Positions 50,911-61,109 of a stretch of 64,000 nucleotides of DNA are shown here, one piece after another. The DNA comes from an uncultured Acidimicrobiia bacterium (GTDB lineage Bacteria; Acidobacteriota; Terriglobia; Versatilivoradales; Versatilivoraceae). The translations under genes and the position numbers were made by a program. Numbering within the stretch: position 1 is the first letter of the stretch; each line of letters opens with the position of its first letter. The notes beneath the pieces are model-generated. The model was not told the DNA's origin. It made no database searches and was given only the letters and a program-made list of their open reading frames with translations. The stretch is from NCBI GenBank assembly GCA_963786955.1, contig CAWBAT010000006.1:736001-800000 (forward strand). Direction: 5' to 3'.

Positions 50911-52500
50911 ATGATTGTTCCGCTGACCCCGCTCTCATTTCTGCGACGGGCTGTAAAGCTTTACGGCCGGAAGATCGCTGTCATCTGTGGAGAGACCCGT
51001 TTTACGTATGCCGAATTTAACGGGAGGGTTCAGAGGCTCTCACACTGCCTAGACACGCTCAACATCCGTCGAGGGGAGGTTGTCGCCTTTCTTTCGCGGA
51101 ACTGCCATCGATTGCTCGAAGCTTATTACGGGGTCACCCATACGGGGGCGATTCTCTTACCCCTCAATTGTCGTCTGGCAGGAGACGATTTTACTTATAT
51201 CTTGAACCATTCTGAAGCCAAGTTATTGTTTCTGTCTTCGGAATTTATTCCAGTTGTCGCCTCGATTCGCCAATTCCTTCGACCAGACTTAAGGTGCATC
51301 CCACTTGACGATGGCGCCTCCTACGACTGGCTTGACGGCTACACATACGAAGAATATCTGGGCAAATCTTCCTCTCTTCCTTTCCCCGTAGCGAGATTTG
51401 ACGAAAATGAAGCGAGTGAACTCTTCTATACGAGCGGGACCACGGATCGCCCCAAAGGGGTGTTGTTGACTCATCGGAATCTTTATCTTCACGCACTGAA
51501 TGTCATTTGGGCACTTCAAAATAGCGAGAGCGATGTTCAATTGCACACCATCCCTCTTTTTCATGCAAACGGGTGGGGTGCCACTCAGACGATTACAGCG
51601 GTGGGGGGGACGCATATCATGATTCCTCATTTCTACCCCCGGACCGTGTTTCAAGTTATCGCCAAAGAGAAAGTGACCACCTTTAATTTGATCCCGACGA
51701 TGGGGACGATGCTGCTCCAGGCACCGGCGGGCATTCAAGAGGATCTTTCAAGCTTGCGTTTGATCCATCTCGGCGGTTCATCGGTACCCAAGGAAATGGT
51801 GAAGCAACTTCAGCAACGTTTTCGATGTGAAGTGACTTGTGGTTATGGCCTGACGGAAGCTTCCCCCGTCATGACGGTTGCCCATCCCAAGTCTCATCTG
51901 GAAGAAGACGAAGAACGCTTTTATTACCGATCCGCCATGACGGGACTTGAGTTGCCCGGAAGTGAAGTCCGAGTCGTAGACGAAAACGGTGCCGATGTCT
52001 GCAATAATGGGAATTCCATTGGAGAGATTATCTTGCGAAGTAACACGGTAATGAAAGGCTATTGGAAACAACCGGAAGAAACCGCCGAAGCCATTCGGGA
52101 TGGCTGGCTCTATACGGGAGATCTGGCTACCGTGGACCGGGAGAATTATCTTCTGATTGTCGATCGGAAAAAGGATATCATTATTCGCGGTGGAGAGAAC
52201 ATCGCCTCAATCGAAATTGAGAGAATCCTTTATTCTCATCCAGCGGTGCTGGAATGTGCTGTCATCGCCGTCCCCGACAGCCGGTGGGGGGAATGCCCCG
52301 TGGCTTTTGTCGTGCTTCGTGTGGGGCACCCATGCACTTCCGAGATTCTGATGCAATATTGCCGGTCCCATCTTGCCTCATTTAAAGTGCCTGACAGAAT
52401 CGAGTTAGTCAGTTCGCTACCCAAAGGCGGCACGGGCAAAATTCAGAAACGAGTTCTTCGAGAGAGCTATTGGGCAAAGAAAGACAAACAGATTTCTTAG
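50911..52500 (+). CDS. Acyl-CoA synthetase (AMP-binding)
   Basis: YTSGTT..PKGV, GYGLTE, GWLYTGD, DRKKDIIIRGGENI, LPKGGTGKI. Confidence 0.94.
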   Translation: MIVPLTPLSFLRRAVKLYGRKIAVICGETRFTYAEFNGRVQRLSHCLDTLNIRRGEVVAFLSRNCHRLLEAYYGVTHTGAILLPLNCRLAGDDFTYILNHSEAKLLFLSSEFIPVVASIRQFLRPDLRCIPLDDGASYDWLDGYTYEEYLGKSSSLPFPVARFDENEASELFYTSGTTDRPKGVLLTHRNLYLHALNVIWALQNSESDVQLHTIPLFHANGWGATQTITAVGGTHIMIPHFYPRTVFQVIAKEKVTTFNLIPTMGTMLLQAPAGIQEDLSSLRLIHLGGSSVPKEMVKQLQQRFRCEVTCGYGLTEASPVMTVAHPKSHLEEDEERFYYRSAMTGLELPGSEVRVVDENGADVCNNGNSIGEIILRSNTVMKGYWKQPEETAEAIRDGWLYTGDLATVDRENYLLIVDRKKDIIIRGGENIASIEIERILYSHPAVLECAVIAVPDSRWGECPVAFVVLRVGHPCTSEILMQYCRSHLASFKVPDRIELVSSLPKGGTGKIQKRVLRESYWAKKDKQIS

Positions 52501-52569
52501 GCTTAGAGAGAAGGAAGGAACTCTCCCTGAACCGGGGAGTCCTCAGAGGGAATGACTAGGAGGAAATCT

Positions 52570-55278
52570 ATGAGAAAAAACTGGTTTATTTGGATCCCCA
52601 TTCTTTTCGTCGTCCTGTTAGCCTTCTCAAACGGAATCGCTTCGCTCTGGGTGGACTGGCTGTGGTTCCAGGAATTGGGCTATCCGGTTTTATTTACTCG
52701 CCAACTGATGGCCCAGTGGTCATTGGGAGCCACCTTTGGAGTGTTTTGTTTCATCACACTTTACGGAACGGTTTTAATCGCGAGGTATCTGGCCGGGCGT
52801 GATCCACAATTAAGCCACTCCACGGTCATCGAGTTCCCTCAATTTCCAATGCTGAAAACTGGCATTCGAGGAATCCTCCTTTTTGCTTGCTTGATCATTT
52901 CCTATTTGATCGGGTATTGGGCTGGGAGCCAATGGGATGACTATCTCCGCTTTCGACACGCGGTCCCGTTTGATGTTAAGGACCCGCTATTCGGCCAGGA
53001 CATCGGGTTCTATTTCTTCCGATTGCCATTCTTGACGTTTCTCTATGCATACAGCCTGTTGCTGGTCATCTTTTCTCTAATTGCCAGCCTCTTGGTTTAC
53101 GTTGTCGAGGGAGGCATTTGGATGACGCGGCGTGGCCCTCGGATCGGACGCTCCCCGCGAGTTCACTTGTTCTTAATGAGCTCTATCGTGTTCTTTCTGT
53201 GGAGCATCCATTACCGTTTGGAGATTCTTGATCTTCTCTTTTCAGACCGTAGCATCGTGTATGGCGCCAGCTATACAGATGTGCATGCCGAGTTGCCAAT
53301 GCTACGCTTCCTGAGCTATTTCAGTTTGCTGGTCGGCGCGAGTTTCCTTTGGAGTGGGTTCAGGCGAAGTTACAAGCCGGTGATTATCGCTTCGGGTGCT
53401 CTGTTAGTCGTCTCCATTCTGGGCCGCAGCCTGTATCCTGAATTCATGCAGAAATTCCAAGTCGCACCGAATGAGATCAATATGGAGAGCCCCTACATCG
53501 GCTTAGAGATCAAGTTTACGAATATGGCTTACGGGATCGACCAGGTTAAAGAGCAAGAGTTCCCTGCCCTGGATAACTTAACTGCCGAAGACATTAAGCG
53601 CAATGACCTCACATTGCAGAACATTCGCCTGTGGGATCATCGCCCGCTGCTTCGCACCTACAGCCAGCTGCAAGTGATTCGATCGTATTACGATTTTGTG
53701 GATGTCGACAATGACCGCTACTGGATCAATGGCAATTACCGCCAGGTCAGCCTTTCCCCGCGAGAACTCTCTTCGGAAAAATTGCCCAGTCGCATTTGGA
53801 TCAATGAACATCTAACCTATACCCATGGTTTCGGCTTGTGTATGGGACCCGTTAACCAGACCAGTAAGGAAGGCCTGCCGGAGTTCATGATCAAGGACAT
53901 TCCGCCCGCCGCCAGCACCAATATTGGGGTCAAGCGTCCTCAAATATATTTCGGAGAAAAAACCCAGTCCTACTGCTTTGTGAACACACAGGCCAAGGAA
54001 TTCGATTATCCTTCTGGAGACGAAAACGTTTATACCACCTACCAAGGAAGCGGGGGGATCCCTGTCTACGGCTTATGGCGCAAGCTGCTCCTTAGTTTTC
54101 ATTTTAAAGAGCCCAAGATTTTTCTCTCGACAGACATCCGTCCGGAAAGCCGTTTGCTCTATGTTCGTTCGGTTGCCGAGCGCGTCGAGAAGGCACTCCC
54201 CTTTCTGAAATTCGACCGGGACCCTTACATGGTGATCTCCGATGATGGATTGCTGTTCTGGATTATTGATGGCTATACGACCGGTAACGCTTATCCCTAT
54301 GCAAGGCCGACTCCCGGAATGGGCAACTATATCCGGAATTCTGTAAAAATCACGGTGGATGCTTACAACGGAACCACGCAGTTCTATGCGAGTGACCCTA
54401 AAGATCCAGTCCTCCAGGTCTACACCAGGATTTACCCGGGGGTTTTTCAGGGATTCAACGCCATGCCTAAAGATTTACGGCAGCATATTCGATATCCGGA
54501 AGATTTGTTCACGATCCAGGCCAACATGTATGCCACTTACCATATGCGTGACCCCCAGGTCTTTTATAATAAAGAAGACTTGTGGCACATCCCCAGCTTA
54601 TCTTTTGACGGCCAAGACACGCCACTGGAACCCTATTACACCGTCATGAAACTGAATTCAGAGATGGGAAAAGAAGAGTTCATTCTCATGACTCCCTTCA
54701 CTCCCACCAAAAGACAGAACATGATTGCCTGGCTGGCTGCCCGCTGTGATGATCCCCATTACGGGCAATTATTTGTTTATAATTTCCCGAAACAGAAGTT
54801 AGTATACGGCCCAACCCAGATCGTCAGCCGGATTAACCAAGATTCGGAGATTTCAAAGCTGCTGACGCTTTGGGATCAACGGGGGTCGGCCGTTATCCGG
54901 GGCAGCCTGTTGGTCATTCCTATTGAAAATTCCATCCTTTACATTCAGCCTCTGTACCTAGCGTCGTCACAAGAAGCTGGGATTCCGGAATTGAAACGTG
55001 TGATTGTCGCTTATGGAAACAACATCGCCATGGAGGAGTCGCTGGAGCTTTCACTCGAACGCATCTTCGTCGGCTCTAGCCATGGAAAACCGGTGGAAAC
55101 CAAAATGGAACCTACGACCGCCACCGAAAGCGGTTCACTCAAAATTCTGATCCAGCAGGCAGGCAACTGTTATCGACAAGCTCAAGATGCCCTACGGAAA
55201 GGGGAATGGGCAAAATATGGCGAAGAGATGCAGAAACTGGAAAACACCCTAAAGGAAATGAACGCAAAAACTCCCTAA
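52570..55278 (+). CDS. UPF0182 family membrane protein
   Basis: DWLWF.ELGY, DPLFGQDIGFY.F.LP, NIRLWD, YTHG, NYIRNSVK, H.RYPEDLF. Confidence 0.93.
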   Translation: MRKNWFIWIPILFVVLLAFSNGIASLWVDWLWFQELGYPVLFTRQLMAQWSLGATFGVFCFITLYGTVLIARYLAGRDPQLSHSTVIEFPQFPMLKTGIRGILLFACLIISYLIGYWAGSQWDDYLRFRHAVPFDVKDPLFGQDIGFYFFRLPFLTFLYAYSLLLVIFSLIASLLVYVVEGGIWMTRRGPRIGRSPRVHLFLMSSIVFFLWSIHYRLEILDLLFSDRSIVYGASYTDVHAELPMLRFLSYFSLLVGASFLWSGFRRSYKPVIIASGALLVVSILGRSLYPEFMQKFQVAPNEINMESPYIGLEIKFTNMAYGIDQVKEQEFPALDNLTAEDIKRNDLTLQNIRLWDHRPLLRTYSQLQVIRSYYDFVDVDNDRYWINGNYRQVSLSPRELSSEKLPSRIWINEHLTYTHGFGLCMGPVNQTSKEGLPEFMIKDIPPAASTNIGVKRPQIYFGEKTQSYCFVNTQAKEFDYPSGDENVYTTYQGSGGIPVYGLWRKLLLSFHFKEPKIFLSTDIRPESRLLYVRSVAERVEKALPFLKFDRDPYMVISDDGLLFWIIDGYTTGNAYPYARPTPGMGNYIRNSVKITVDAYNGTTQFYASDPKDPVLQVYTRIYPGVFQGFNAMPKDLRQHIRYPEDLFTIQANMYATYHMRDPQVFYNKEDLWHIPSLSFDGQDTPLEPYYTVMKLNSEMGKEEFILMTPFTPTKRQNMIAWLAARCDDPHYGQLFVYNFPKQKLVYGPTQIVSRINQDSEISKLLTLWDQRGSAVIRGSLLVIPIENSILYIQPLYLASSQEAGIPELKRVIVAYGNNIAMEESLELSLERIFVGSSHGKPVETKMEPTTATESGSLKILIQQAGNCYRQAQDALRKGEWAKYGEEMQKLENTLKEMNAKTP

Positions 55279-55398
55279 CCTGCTGATTTCTTTGCACCGG
55301 GCCGTTGTGTCCTCTCACGGCATCTTCTTGCCTAGGCCAGCTCATGCTGCCAGCCATAAGGCGCATGAATTCGGTTCCTCTGCTAGAATAGAAGAGAT

Positions 55399-56994
55399 AT
55401 GTTAAATAGATTTTCACTGCCAGCAAAAGTTACTTTGCTTCTTTCATTGGTCGTGTTTGGTGTCGTAATCGCCCTAACCTACTTCATGGCTCAGAGCGCC
55501 AAAAGCGTTATCGAAAGTGATTATCGGAAACGTTCGAATTCAGTGGCAGACCTGCTCGCCGATAAGCTGGATGATCATCCACAACTTCCTCCCAAAGAAG
55601 ATCTCGAAGACCTTGTTTTCGGAGCCAGTGAGAAAAACCTCAGCATTTCAGAGATATCGATATTCATGCATGACGGGAAGAATATTGTCCTGGCAGCAAC
55701 CTCGATCAATGAGGAAAATTCTCCCGTTCCTAATGAAGCCAGTGAAGTGATCCTTGGGGAAAAGAGGATCGACCGGGTGGCCTTTGACGGCAAGGAGAGA
55801 TTCTGCCAGATTGGGGTTCCGATTGTTTACCATAGCCCAAAGGGAAAGCTCGCCCAACGTAGAGTCCTCGGGTGTATTATTGTTTATACCTCGCTGGAAC
55901 AGGCTGACCAGATTATCGCCAAGAACTTCAAAGTGGCTTTTCTGTTCGCTCCCCCTGCTATCCTTATCCTCATTCTGCTGCTTAATGTCCTCTTCCGGTT
56001 CATCATTCATAAGCCTGTCAAAACCATTCAGGAAGCGATGGCCAAAGCAGAAGCTGGCGACTTGATGGCTGATGTGAATCTGAATTCCTCCGACGAACTG
56101 GGGAGGATTGCCGCAAGTTACAACCGGATGCTGCACCAGATTCGCGAAGTCACGACAGAACGAATAAAGCTCATTGAGAAGGTCGGCAATTTCAATATTG
56201 AACTCAAGTCGGAAGTAGCCAGCGCCACGGCTGAATTGAAGAGACGTAACCAGGAACTCCGTGACCTCAATACCCGACTTCTGAAAATGCAGTTGGAATT
56301 GGTCCAACTGGAGCGGCTGGCCGTGGCAGGGCAACTGACAGCAACTTTTGCACATGAAGTCGGAACTCCATTGAACCTGATTTCCGGTCATGTCCAATTG
56401 CTGATCGAATCTTTCAGTGACAATGAATTGATTCGTAGAAAACTATCCTTGGTTCAATCCCAAATCCGACGCCTCAGCGAAATTGTCAGACGCCTGTTAG
56501 ATGCGACCCGGAGGCCCAAACTTGAATTGGCGCCGGTCAACTTAAACGAACTCATCCAAACTGTCGGCGCTTTAATTAGACCGACTCTACAAACGCACAA
56601 TATCCAATACGTGGAAGTCCTGCAGTCGGAATTGCCCTTGATTCAAGCAGACCAAAAGCAATTGGAACAAGTTCTTTTGAACTTCATCAATAACAGTCTC
56701 GACGCCATGCCCAATGGGGGGGAACTGAAGATTGAAACACAGTCGGGACTTGAAAATAAAGTTTATGTCCGGGTAACCGACACCGGAACTGGGATCCTGC
56801 CTGAACACCTTGAAAAACTATTCGAGCCCATGTTTACGACCAAAGAGATCGGGCAAGGGACTGGCCTTGGGTTGAGCATTTCCCGGGATATCATTAAAGA
56901 ACATGGTGGAGAGATTGAAGTTAAAACGGTTTCGGGCGAAGGAGCTACCTTCACCATTCTCTTGTCGGCCGAGGTCCCTGTGTTACAGAGTTAA
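55399..56994 (+). CDS. Sensor histidine kinase (2 TM, HAMP, HisKA, HATPase)
   Basis: DELG.IA.SYN.M, FAHEVGTPL, QVLLN...NSLDAM, DTGTGI, FTTK..GQGTGLGL. Confidence 0.95.
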   Translation: MLNRFSLPAKVTLLLSLVVFGVVIALTYFMAQSAKSVIESDYRKRSNSVADLLADKLDDHPQLPPKEDLEDLVFGASEKNLSISEISIFMHDGKNIVLAATSINEENSPVPNEASEVILGEKRIDRVAFDGKERFCQIGVPIVYHSPKGKLAQRRVLGCIIVYTSLEQADQIIAKNFKVAFLFAPPAILILILLLNVLFRFIIHKPVKTIQEAMAKAEAGDLMADVNLNSSDELGRIAASYNRMLHQIREVTTERIKLIEKVGNFNIELKSEVASATAELKRRNQELRDLNTRLLKMQLELVQLERLAVAGQLTATFAHEVGTPLNLISGHVQLLIESFSDNELIRRKLSLVQSQIRRLSEIVRRLLDATRRPKLELAPVNLNELIQTVGALIRPTLQTHNIQYVEVLQSELPLIQADQKQLEQVLLNFINNSLDAMPNGGELKIETQSGLENKVYVRVTDTGTGILPEHLEKLFEPMFTTKEIGQGTGLGLSISRDIIKEHGGEIEVKTVSGEGATFTILLSAEVPVLQS

Positions 56995-57162
56995 GACCGA
57001 GACATTTCTCTAACTAAGACACATGGGTCGGAACAAGCTGCGGTCTTCAGGGGACCATAAAGATAGCCCGGGGGCTCCGCCAACCTGGACGACTAAACCG
57101 TCTGGCCAATTTACCGCTATGAAAACAGGTCCATACTCCATACGGGATAGACACCTCACCTC

Positions 57163-58521
57163 ATGCAAAAAGTCTTAATCGTTGATGACGACAAACTCAC
57201 TTGCGACTTCATTGCGGAGTTGCTGGACGATTTCAAAGTGGACATATCATCGACGCAAAACCCTGCTGAGGCCATTGAGCTCGGCCAGAAGTCAAAGTTT
57301 GATCTAATCATCAGCGACATCAATCTGCAAAATCGTTTGACAGGACTCGATGTCCTCAAGAGCTTTAGAAAATATCTGCCCGAGTCTGAGGTGATTCTAA
57401 TCAGCGGGTTTGGCACACTGGAAACTGCTATTGAAGCGGTTCGTGAGGGCGCCTTCGACTATATCAGCAAACCTTTTAACATTAACGAAGTCAAAGCCGT
57501 CGTCAAGCGTGCCCTCGAAAAGAAACAGCTGATTAAGGAGAATGAGCAGCTCCGGACCCAGCTCGACAATTTACCACCCTCTGCGACTCTGATTGGCAGT
57601 AGCCCCAAAATGTTAGCCGTCTATAAATCGATCGCCAGCGTCGCGCAGTCAAAGTCGACGGTACTGATTTATGGAGAAAGCGGGACGGGGAAAGAGCTGG
57701 TAGCCCGGCAGGTCCATAATAACAGTTCAAGGAAACAAAGAGGGTTCTTGGCTATCAATTGTGGTGCCCTTTCAGAATCGCTGTTGGAAAGCGAACTTTT
57801 TGGTTACCAGAAAGGAGCATTCACAGGAGCCAATACTGACCGAATTGGCTTATTTGAGGAAGCCGATGGCGGAACACTCTTCCTGGATGAAGTCGGCGAT
57901 ACCACCCCAGCCATGCAAGTAAAATTGTTACGGGCACTCCAGGAACAGGAAATTAAGCGAGTCGGTGGCGTCAAGACGATTAAGGTGGATGTTCGACTCA
58001 TTGCCGCTACTAATCAGAATCTGGAGGACCTTGTCAAGGAAGGTAAATTCCGAGAAGACTTGCTCTATCGGTTGAGCGTGATCACAATCACTGTCCCCCC
58101 TCTGAGAGAGCGCCGAGATGATGTTCCAACTCTCATTTCCCATTTTCTGAGAAAACACAGCCTGGACAAAAGGGCCCAGCCCAGTATCTCGCAGGAAGCC
58201 ATGAATGCATTATCTAGTTACTCGTGGCCAGGAAACGTGCGGGAGCTTGAAAACACGATCGAACGGGTCTGCCAGTTTTCAAAAGGAGGAATCATCACAC
58301 TGGATGACCTCCCGGCAAAGATGAATACCCAGGTTAAATTTCACCAAAGTCATCTTTATGATAACTTGCCCAGCTTGGATGAACTGGAAAAACGCTACCT
58401 GCTCCATATCTTGGAACATACTAAACATAACAAAAGCCATGCTGCTGAAATCCTTGGAATCAACCGAAGGACGCTTTATCGGATGGCCGAACGCTTTGGG
58501 ATTGATTTAAAAGAAGATTGA
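57163..58521 (+). CDS. Sigma-54-dependent NtrC-family response regulator
   Basis: REC, GESGTGKE, ESELFG..KGAFTGA, LFLDE, FREDLLYRL, WPGNVREL, Fis-type HTH. Confidence 0.96.
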   Translation: MQKVLIVDDDKLTCDFIAELLDDFKVDISSTQNPAEAIELGQKSKFDLIISDINLQNRLTGLDVLKSFRKYLPESEVILISGFGTLETAIEAVREGAFDYISKPFNINEVKAVVKRALEKKQLIKENEQLRTQLDNLPPSATLIGSSPKMLAVYKSIASVAQSKSTVLIYGESGTGKELVARQVHNNSSRKQRGFLAINCGALSESLLESELFGYQKGAFTGANTDRIGLFEEADGGTLFLDEVGDTTPAMQVKLLRALQEQEIKRVGGVKTIKVDVRLIAATNQNLEDLVKEGKFREDLLYRLSVITITVPPLRERRDDVPTLISHFLRKHSLDKRAQPSISQEAMNALSSYSWPGNVRELENTIERVCQFSKGGIITLDDLPAKMNTQVKFHQSHLYDNLPSLDELEKRYLLHILEHTKHNKSHAAEILGINRRTLYRMAERFGIDLKED

Positions 58522-58522
58522 A

Positions 58523-58555
58523 GGACCAAACTGCCCCATAGGACAAATTGCCTCA
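58523..58555. promoter_or_regulatory. Putative tandem enhancer sites for the sigma-54 activator
   Basis: GGACCAAACTGCCCCA and GGACAAATTGCCTCA, two similar imperfect palindromes ~165-195 bp upstream of the -24 element. Confidence 0.5.
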
Positions 58556-58716
58556 GTTGTTAACTATAAGTAAATAAATGGCTTACTGATGTCGAAATTC
58601 AAAAGAACCGGGCTGCCTCACTTTCTGAAACGAACTTCCTCCCCTTTCCAGATTAGCCAACCGCTAACTTATTCAAATTAATAGACTTATTTGTGATGTG
58701 CCTGCGTGGGTGTCTT

Positions 58717-58732
58717 TGGCCGTTCCCTTGCT
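58717..58732 (+). promoter_or_regulatory. Sigma-54 (-24/-12) promoter
   Basis: TGGCCGTTCCCTTGCT, exact GG-N10-GC spacing, ~90 bp before the small gene. Confidence 0.78.
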
Positions 58733-58823
58733 AATGGTATGTTCATGAAGGATTAAAGATTCCATTCCAAACCCGGCCAATAGGAAACCCCTCGCGGCCG
58801 AACAATTACAAGGAGAAAGTCCC

Positions 58824-59009
58824 ATGAAGAAATTACTATCCTTAATCATCGTTGCCATGATTGCTCTTACCATGAGCTTTGGCACATTCGCATCGGAAGA
58901 GAAGTCCACCGATAAGTCAACAGCCAGCACCAAGAAGTCCAAGAAAGCAAAGAAAACTTCCACAAAGTCGACCGCCGAAAAAGCTCCCGCAGCGGCTCCC
59001 TCCAAGTAA
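58824..59009 (+). CDS. Small secreted Lys/Ser/Thr/Ala-rich protein (Asr-like composition)
   Basis: AAGGAG RBS; Sec signal peptide MKKLLSLIIVAMIALTMSFGTFA; basic low-complexity mature part. Confidence 0.82.
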   Translation: MKKLLSLIIVAMIALTMSFGTFASEEKSTDKSTASTKKSKKAKKTSTKSTAEKAPAAAPSK

Positions 59010-59032
59010 CTTTCTGCGGTTTCTGTTGATTC

Positions 59033-59080
59033 GAAAAGCCAGCCTTCCATTTCATCAATGGGAGGCTGGCTTTCTTATTT
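59033..59080. terminator. Intrinsic terminator hairpin
   Basis: AAAGCCAGCCTTCCATT-TCATC-AATGGGAGGCTGGCTTT followed by CTTATTT. Confidence 0.8.
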
Positions 59081-59240
59081 AAATATGACAGTACTGTTGT
59101 TTTCACTCAAATCATTTACCGCAGACCAAGCTTTAATGTGGTCAAGCAGCAAAGTCGATACAAATCCTAGCGCATAAAACCTGTTCGGCCATTCAACTTA
59201 CACCTTTCTGACCCAAACTCCCTCTTGAAAAAATCGGGCA

Positions 59241-60116
59241 CTAATTTTGCTTCGTAATTCCGCATAACCAATCCAGCGCCTCATACAATTTGGCACGAAA
59301 CTCATTGCGCCCGCCGCTGAAGCGATGATTCCGCGCCGAGACAGAATAAAACTTCTTAAATGTTGTGTCTGCCCCGAACAAAGCATGGGCTTTTTCCGCA
59401 GGTAAGTATTCGTCATGGCTTGACTGGATCAAGGCCGTCGGAAGTAAAGCCATCGAAGAAAACAGATCGTAGGTGTCAAAAATGATGTACTGGTGCTTCG
59501 AGGAGCGCTCCAAGATAACAATCTCCCTGTCATGGCGGCGAATGTCCAACTCTTCTTTGTGAGGCAGGCCGATGGCAAGAACCCCAAGCAGCCCTTGCTC
59601 CGAAGACTTATCTGCCCCCACCAAGACACCAAAGGCCGCCCCGCGTGACCAGCCCGAAAGTACTGTCTTTGTGTCTCTCGCTAGATTGAGGTTTTTCTTG
59701 GCCTCTTCGATAATCAGTTGATAATCTTTGATGAGTTCTTCCAAAGTGACCGGCTCCTGGCTGCGGTTTAGAATCTTCATATAGGAGCGAGAGCTAAAAC
59801 CAACTGTCGGATACCCGAACGCTGAAATTTCCTCGAACATCCCGACAGCCTCTCCATACCATCCTCCGTCCCCACTTGCGTACAAAACGAGAACGGGAGG
59901 CACGGCGTGTGTCCCTAAATCGCTCAAATAAAGCTCCAGCGGTTGCCCATGGAGAACGACCTTGCTCACGAAGGGTTTTATCTCTCGTTCATAAGCATTT
60001 ACTTCCATTCGCAGCCAGAAAATAACTGCGAGGTTCAGACAGATGGTCAGCAGCGTCTTCCGAATGATGACTCGAACTAAAACATATGGCATCAATTCAT
60101 CTTCTCTAAAGGCCAA
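59241..60116 (-). CDS. AcvB/VirJ-like alpha/beta hydrolase
   Basis: YASGDGGW, VGFSSRSY, LSGWSRGA (GxSxG), C-terminal NHRFSG. Confidence 0.8.
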   Translation of the reverse strand: MAFREDELMPYVLVRVIIRKTLLTICLNLAVIFWLRMEVNAYEREIKPFVSKVVLHGQPLELYLSDLGTHAVPPVLVLYASGDGGWYGEAVGMFEEISAFGYPTVGFSSRSYMKILNRSQEPVTLEELIKDYQLIIEEAKKNLNLARDTKTVLSGWSRGAAFGVLVGADKSSEQGLLGVLAIGLPHKEELDIRRHDREIVILERSSKHQYIIFDTYDLFSSMALLPTALIQSSHDEYLPAEKAHALFGADTTFKKFYSVSARNHRFSGGRNEFRAKLYEALDWLCGITKQN

Positions 60117-60196
60117 GATGTATCATGGATTTGCGGAGAAAGTTTTTCTTCTGCAGGGGGTCCGAGGCATCCCGATTCGTGATCCGCATCCCCTTC

Positions 60197-61093
60197 TCAT
60201 CGTTTCACGCTTTTGATCCATGACAATGCTTCCAAAATGGAATTATTCAGCCCCACATGATTGTCACTGAAGCGGTGATTGGCAGCCTCGACAACCCACA
60301 TTCTTTTGGGCTCTTTGGCCAGGGCAAACAGCACCTTTGCCTTTTCCAAGGATAGGAATTCATCATGAGTGGAATGGATCTCGGCTAAAGGGACAGGGCT
60401 AATCTGCTGGATGATATCTTCAACCATAAAGCTGGGTTCATCAGGAGTCTTCTTGGTGATCCAGATTGTAAAGTCCTGCCATTTCCATCCCAGCTCATTC
60501 TGATCAGGCAAACCCAAGCCAAGGATTCCCGCAATGCCATCCCTGACCAAAGAGTCTGTAGCCGCTAGAACAGAGAGTCCTGCCCCCTCGGAAACTCCGC
60601 TCAAAATGGGTTTCACGGGGGAGAAGCGTTTCGCATAGTGGATCAGCTCTACATAATCCCTCGGCACGTCCTGAGGCGTCAAAGTACCAGTTCTCGTAGT
60701 AAAACTACTCAGGTAGGCCCGGCTATTGAACCCGATCACTTGATATCCGTTCCTCGAATAAAATTCGGCGACATGGGTCACGAGACCTGCCCAGCCAAGA
60801 TCTCCACTGGAAAGAATGATGGCCGGGTTTCCTTGCTTCCCGTATATAGAGAGTTCCTGGGCTTTTCCTCGAAGCATAATATTGACTAGTGATTGCCCTT
60901 GAAGCGGTTCCGCTAATAAGATCAAGAAAAGCACTATGGGACTGAGCCCGATCAATCGGGATTTTCTGGGCCCACCGGAACGGAACCGGCATGGAAGTTG
61001 CATCTGTCTTCCTGGAATAACAATTCCTCGCCGGATAAATGACCCAAAGCTCTCCTCATTGGCGAGAGTCACTTGTATTGAGGATATGGTCAA
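60197..61093 (-). CDS. AcvB/VirJ-like alpha/beta hydrolase
   Basis: LSSGDLGW, IGFNSRAY, LSGVSEGA, C-terminal NHRFSD; AGGAGAGG RBS before TTG. Confidence 0.8.
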   Translation of the reverse strand: MTISSIQVTLANEESFGSFIRRGIVIPGRQMQLPCRFRSGGPRKSRLIGLSPIVLFLILLAEPLQGQSLVNIMLRGKAQELSIYGKQGNPAIILSSGDLGWAGLVTHVAEFYSRNGYQVIGFNSRAYLSSFTTRTGTLTPQDVPRDYVELIHYAKRFSPVKPILSGVSEGAGLSVLAATDSLVRDGIAGILGLGLPDQNELGWKWQDFTIWITKKTPDEPSFMVEDIIQQISPVPLAEIHSTHDEFLSLEKAKVLFALAKEPKRMWVVEAANHRFSDNHVGLNNSILEALSWIKSVKR

Positions 61094-61109
61094 GCAGGCC
61101 TCTCCTTTA

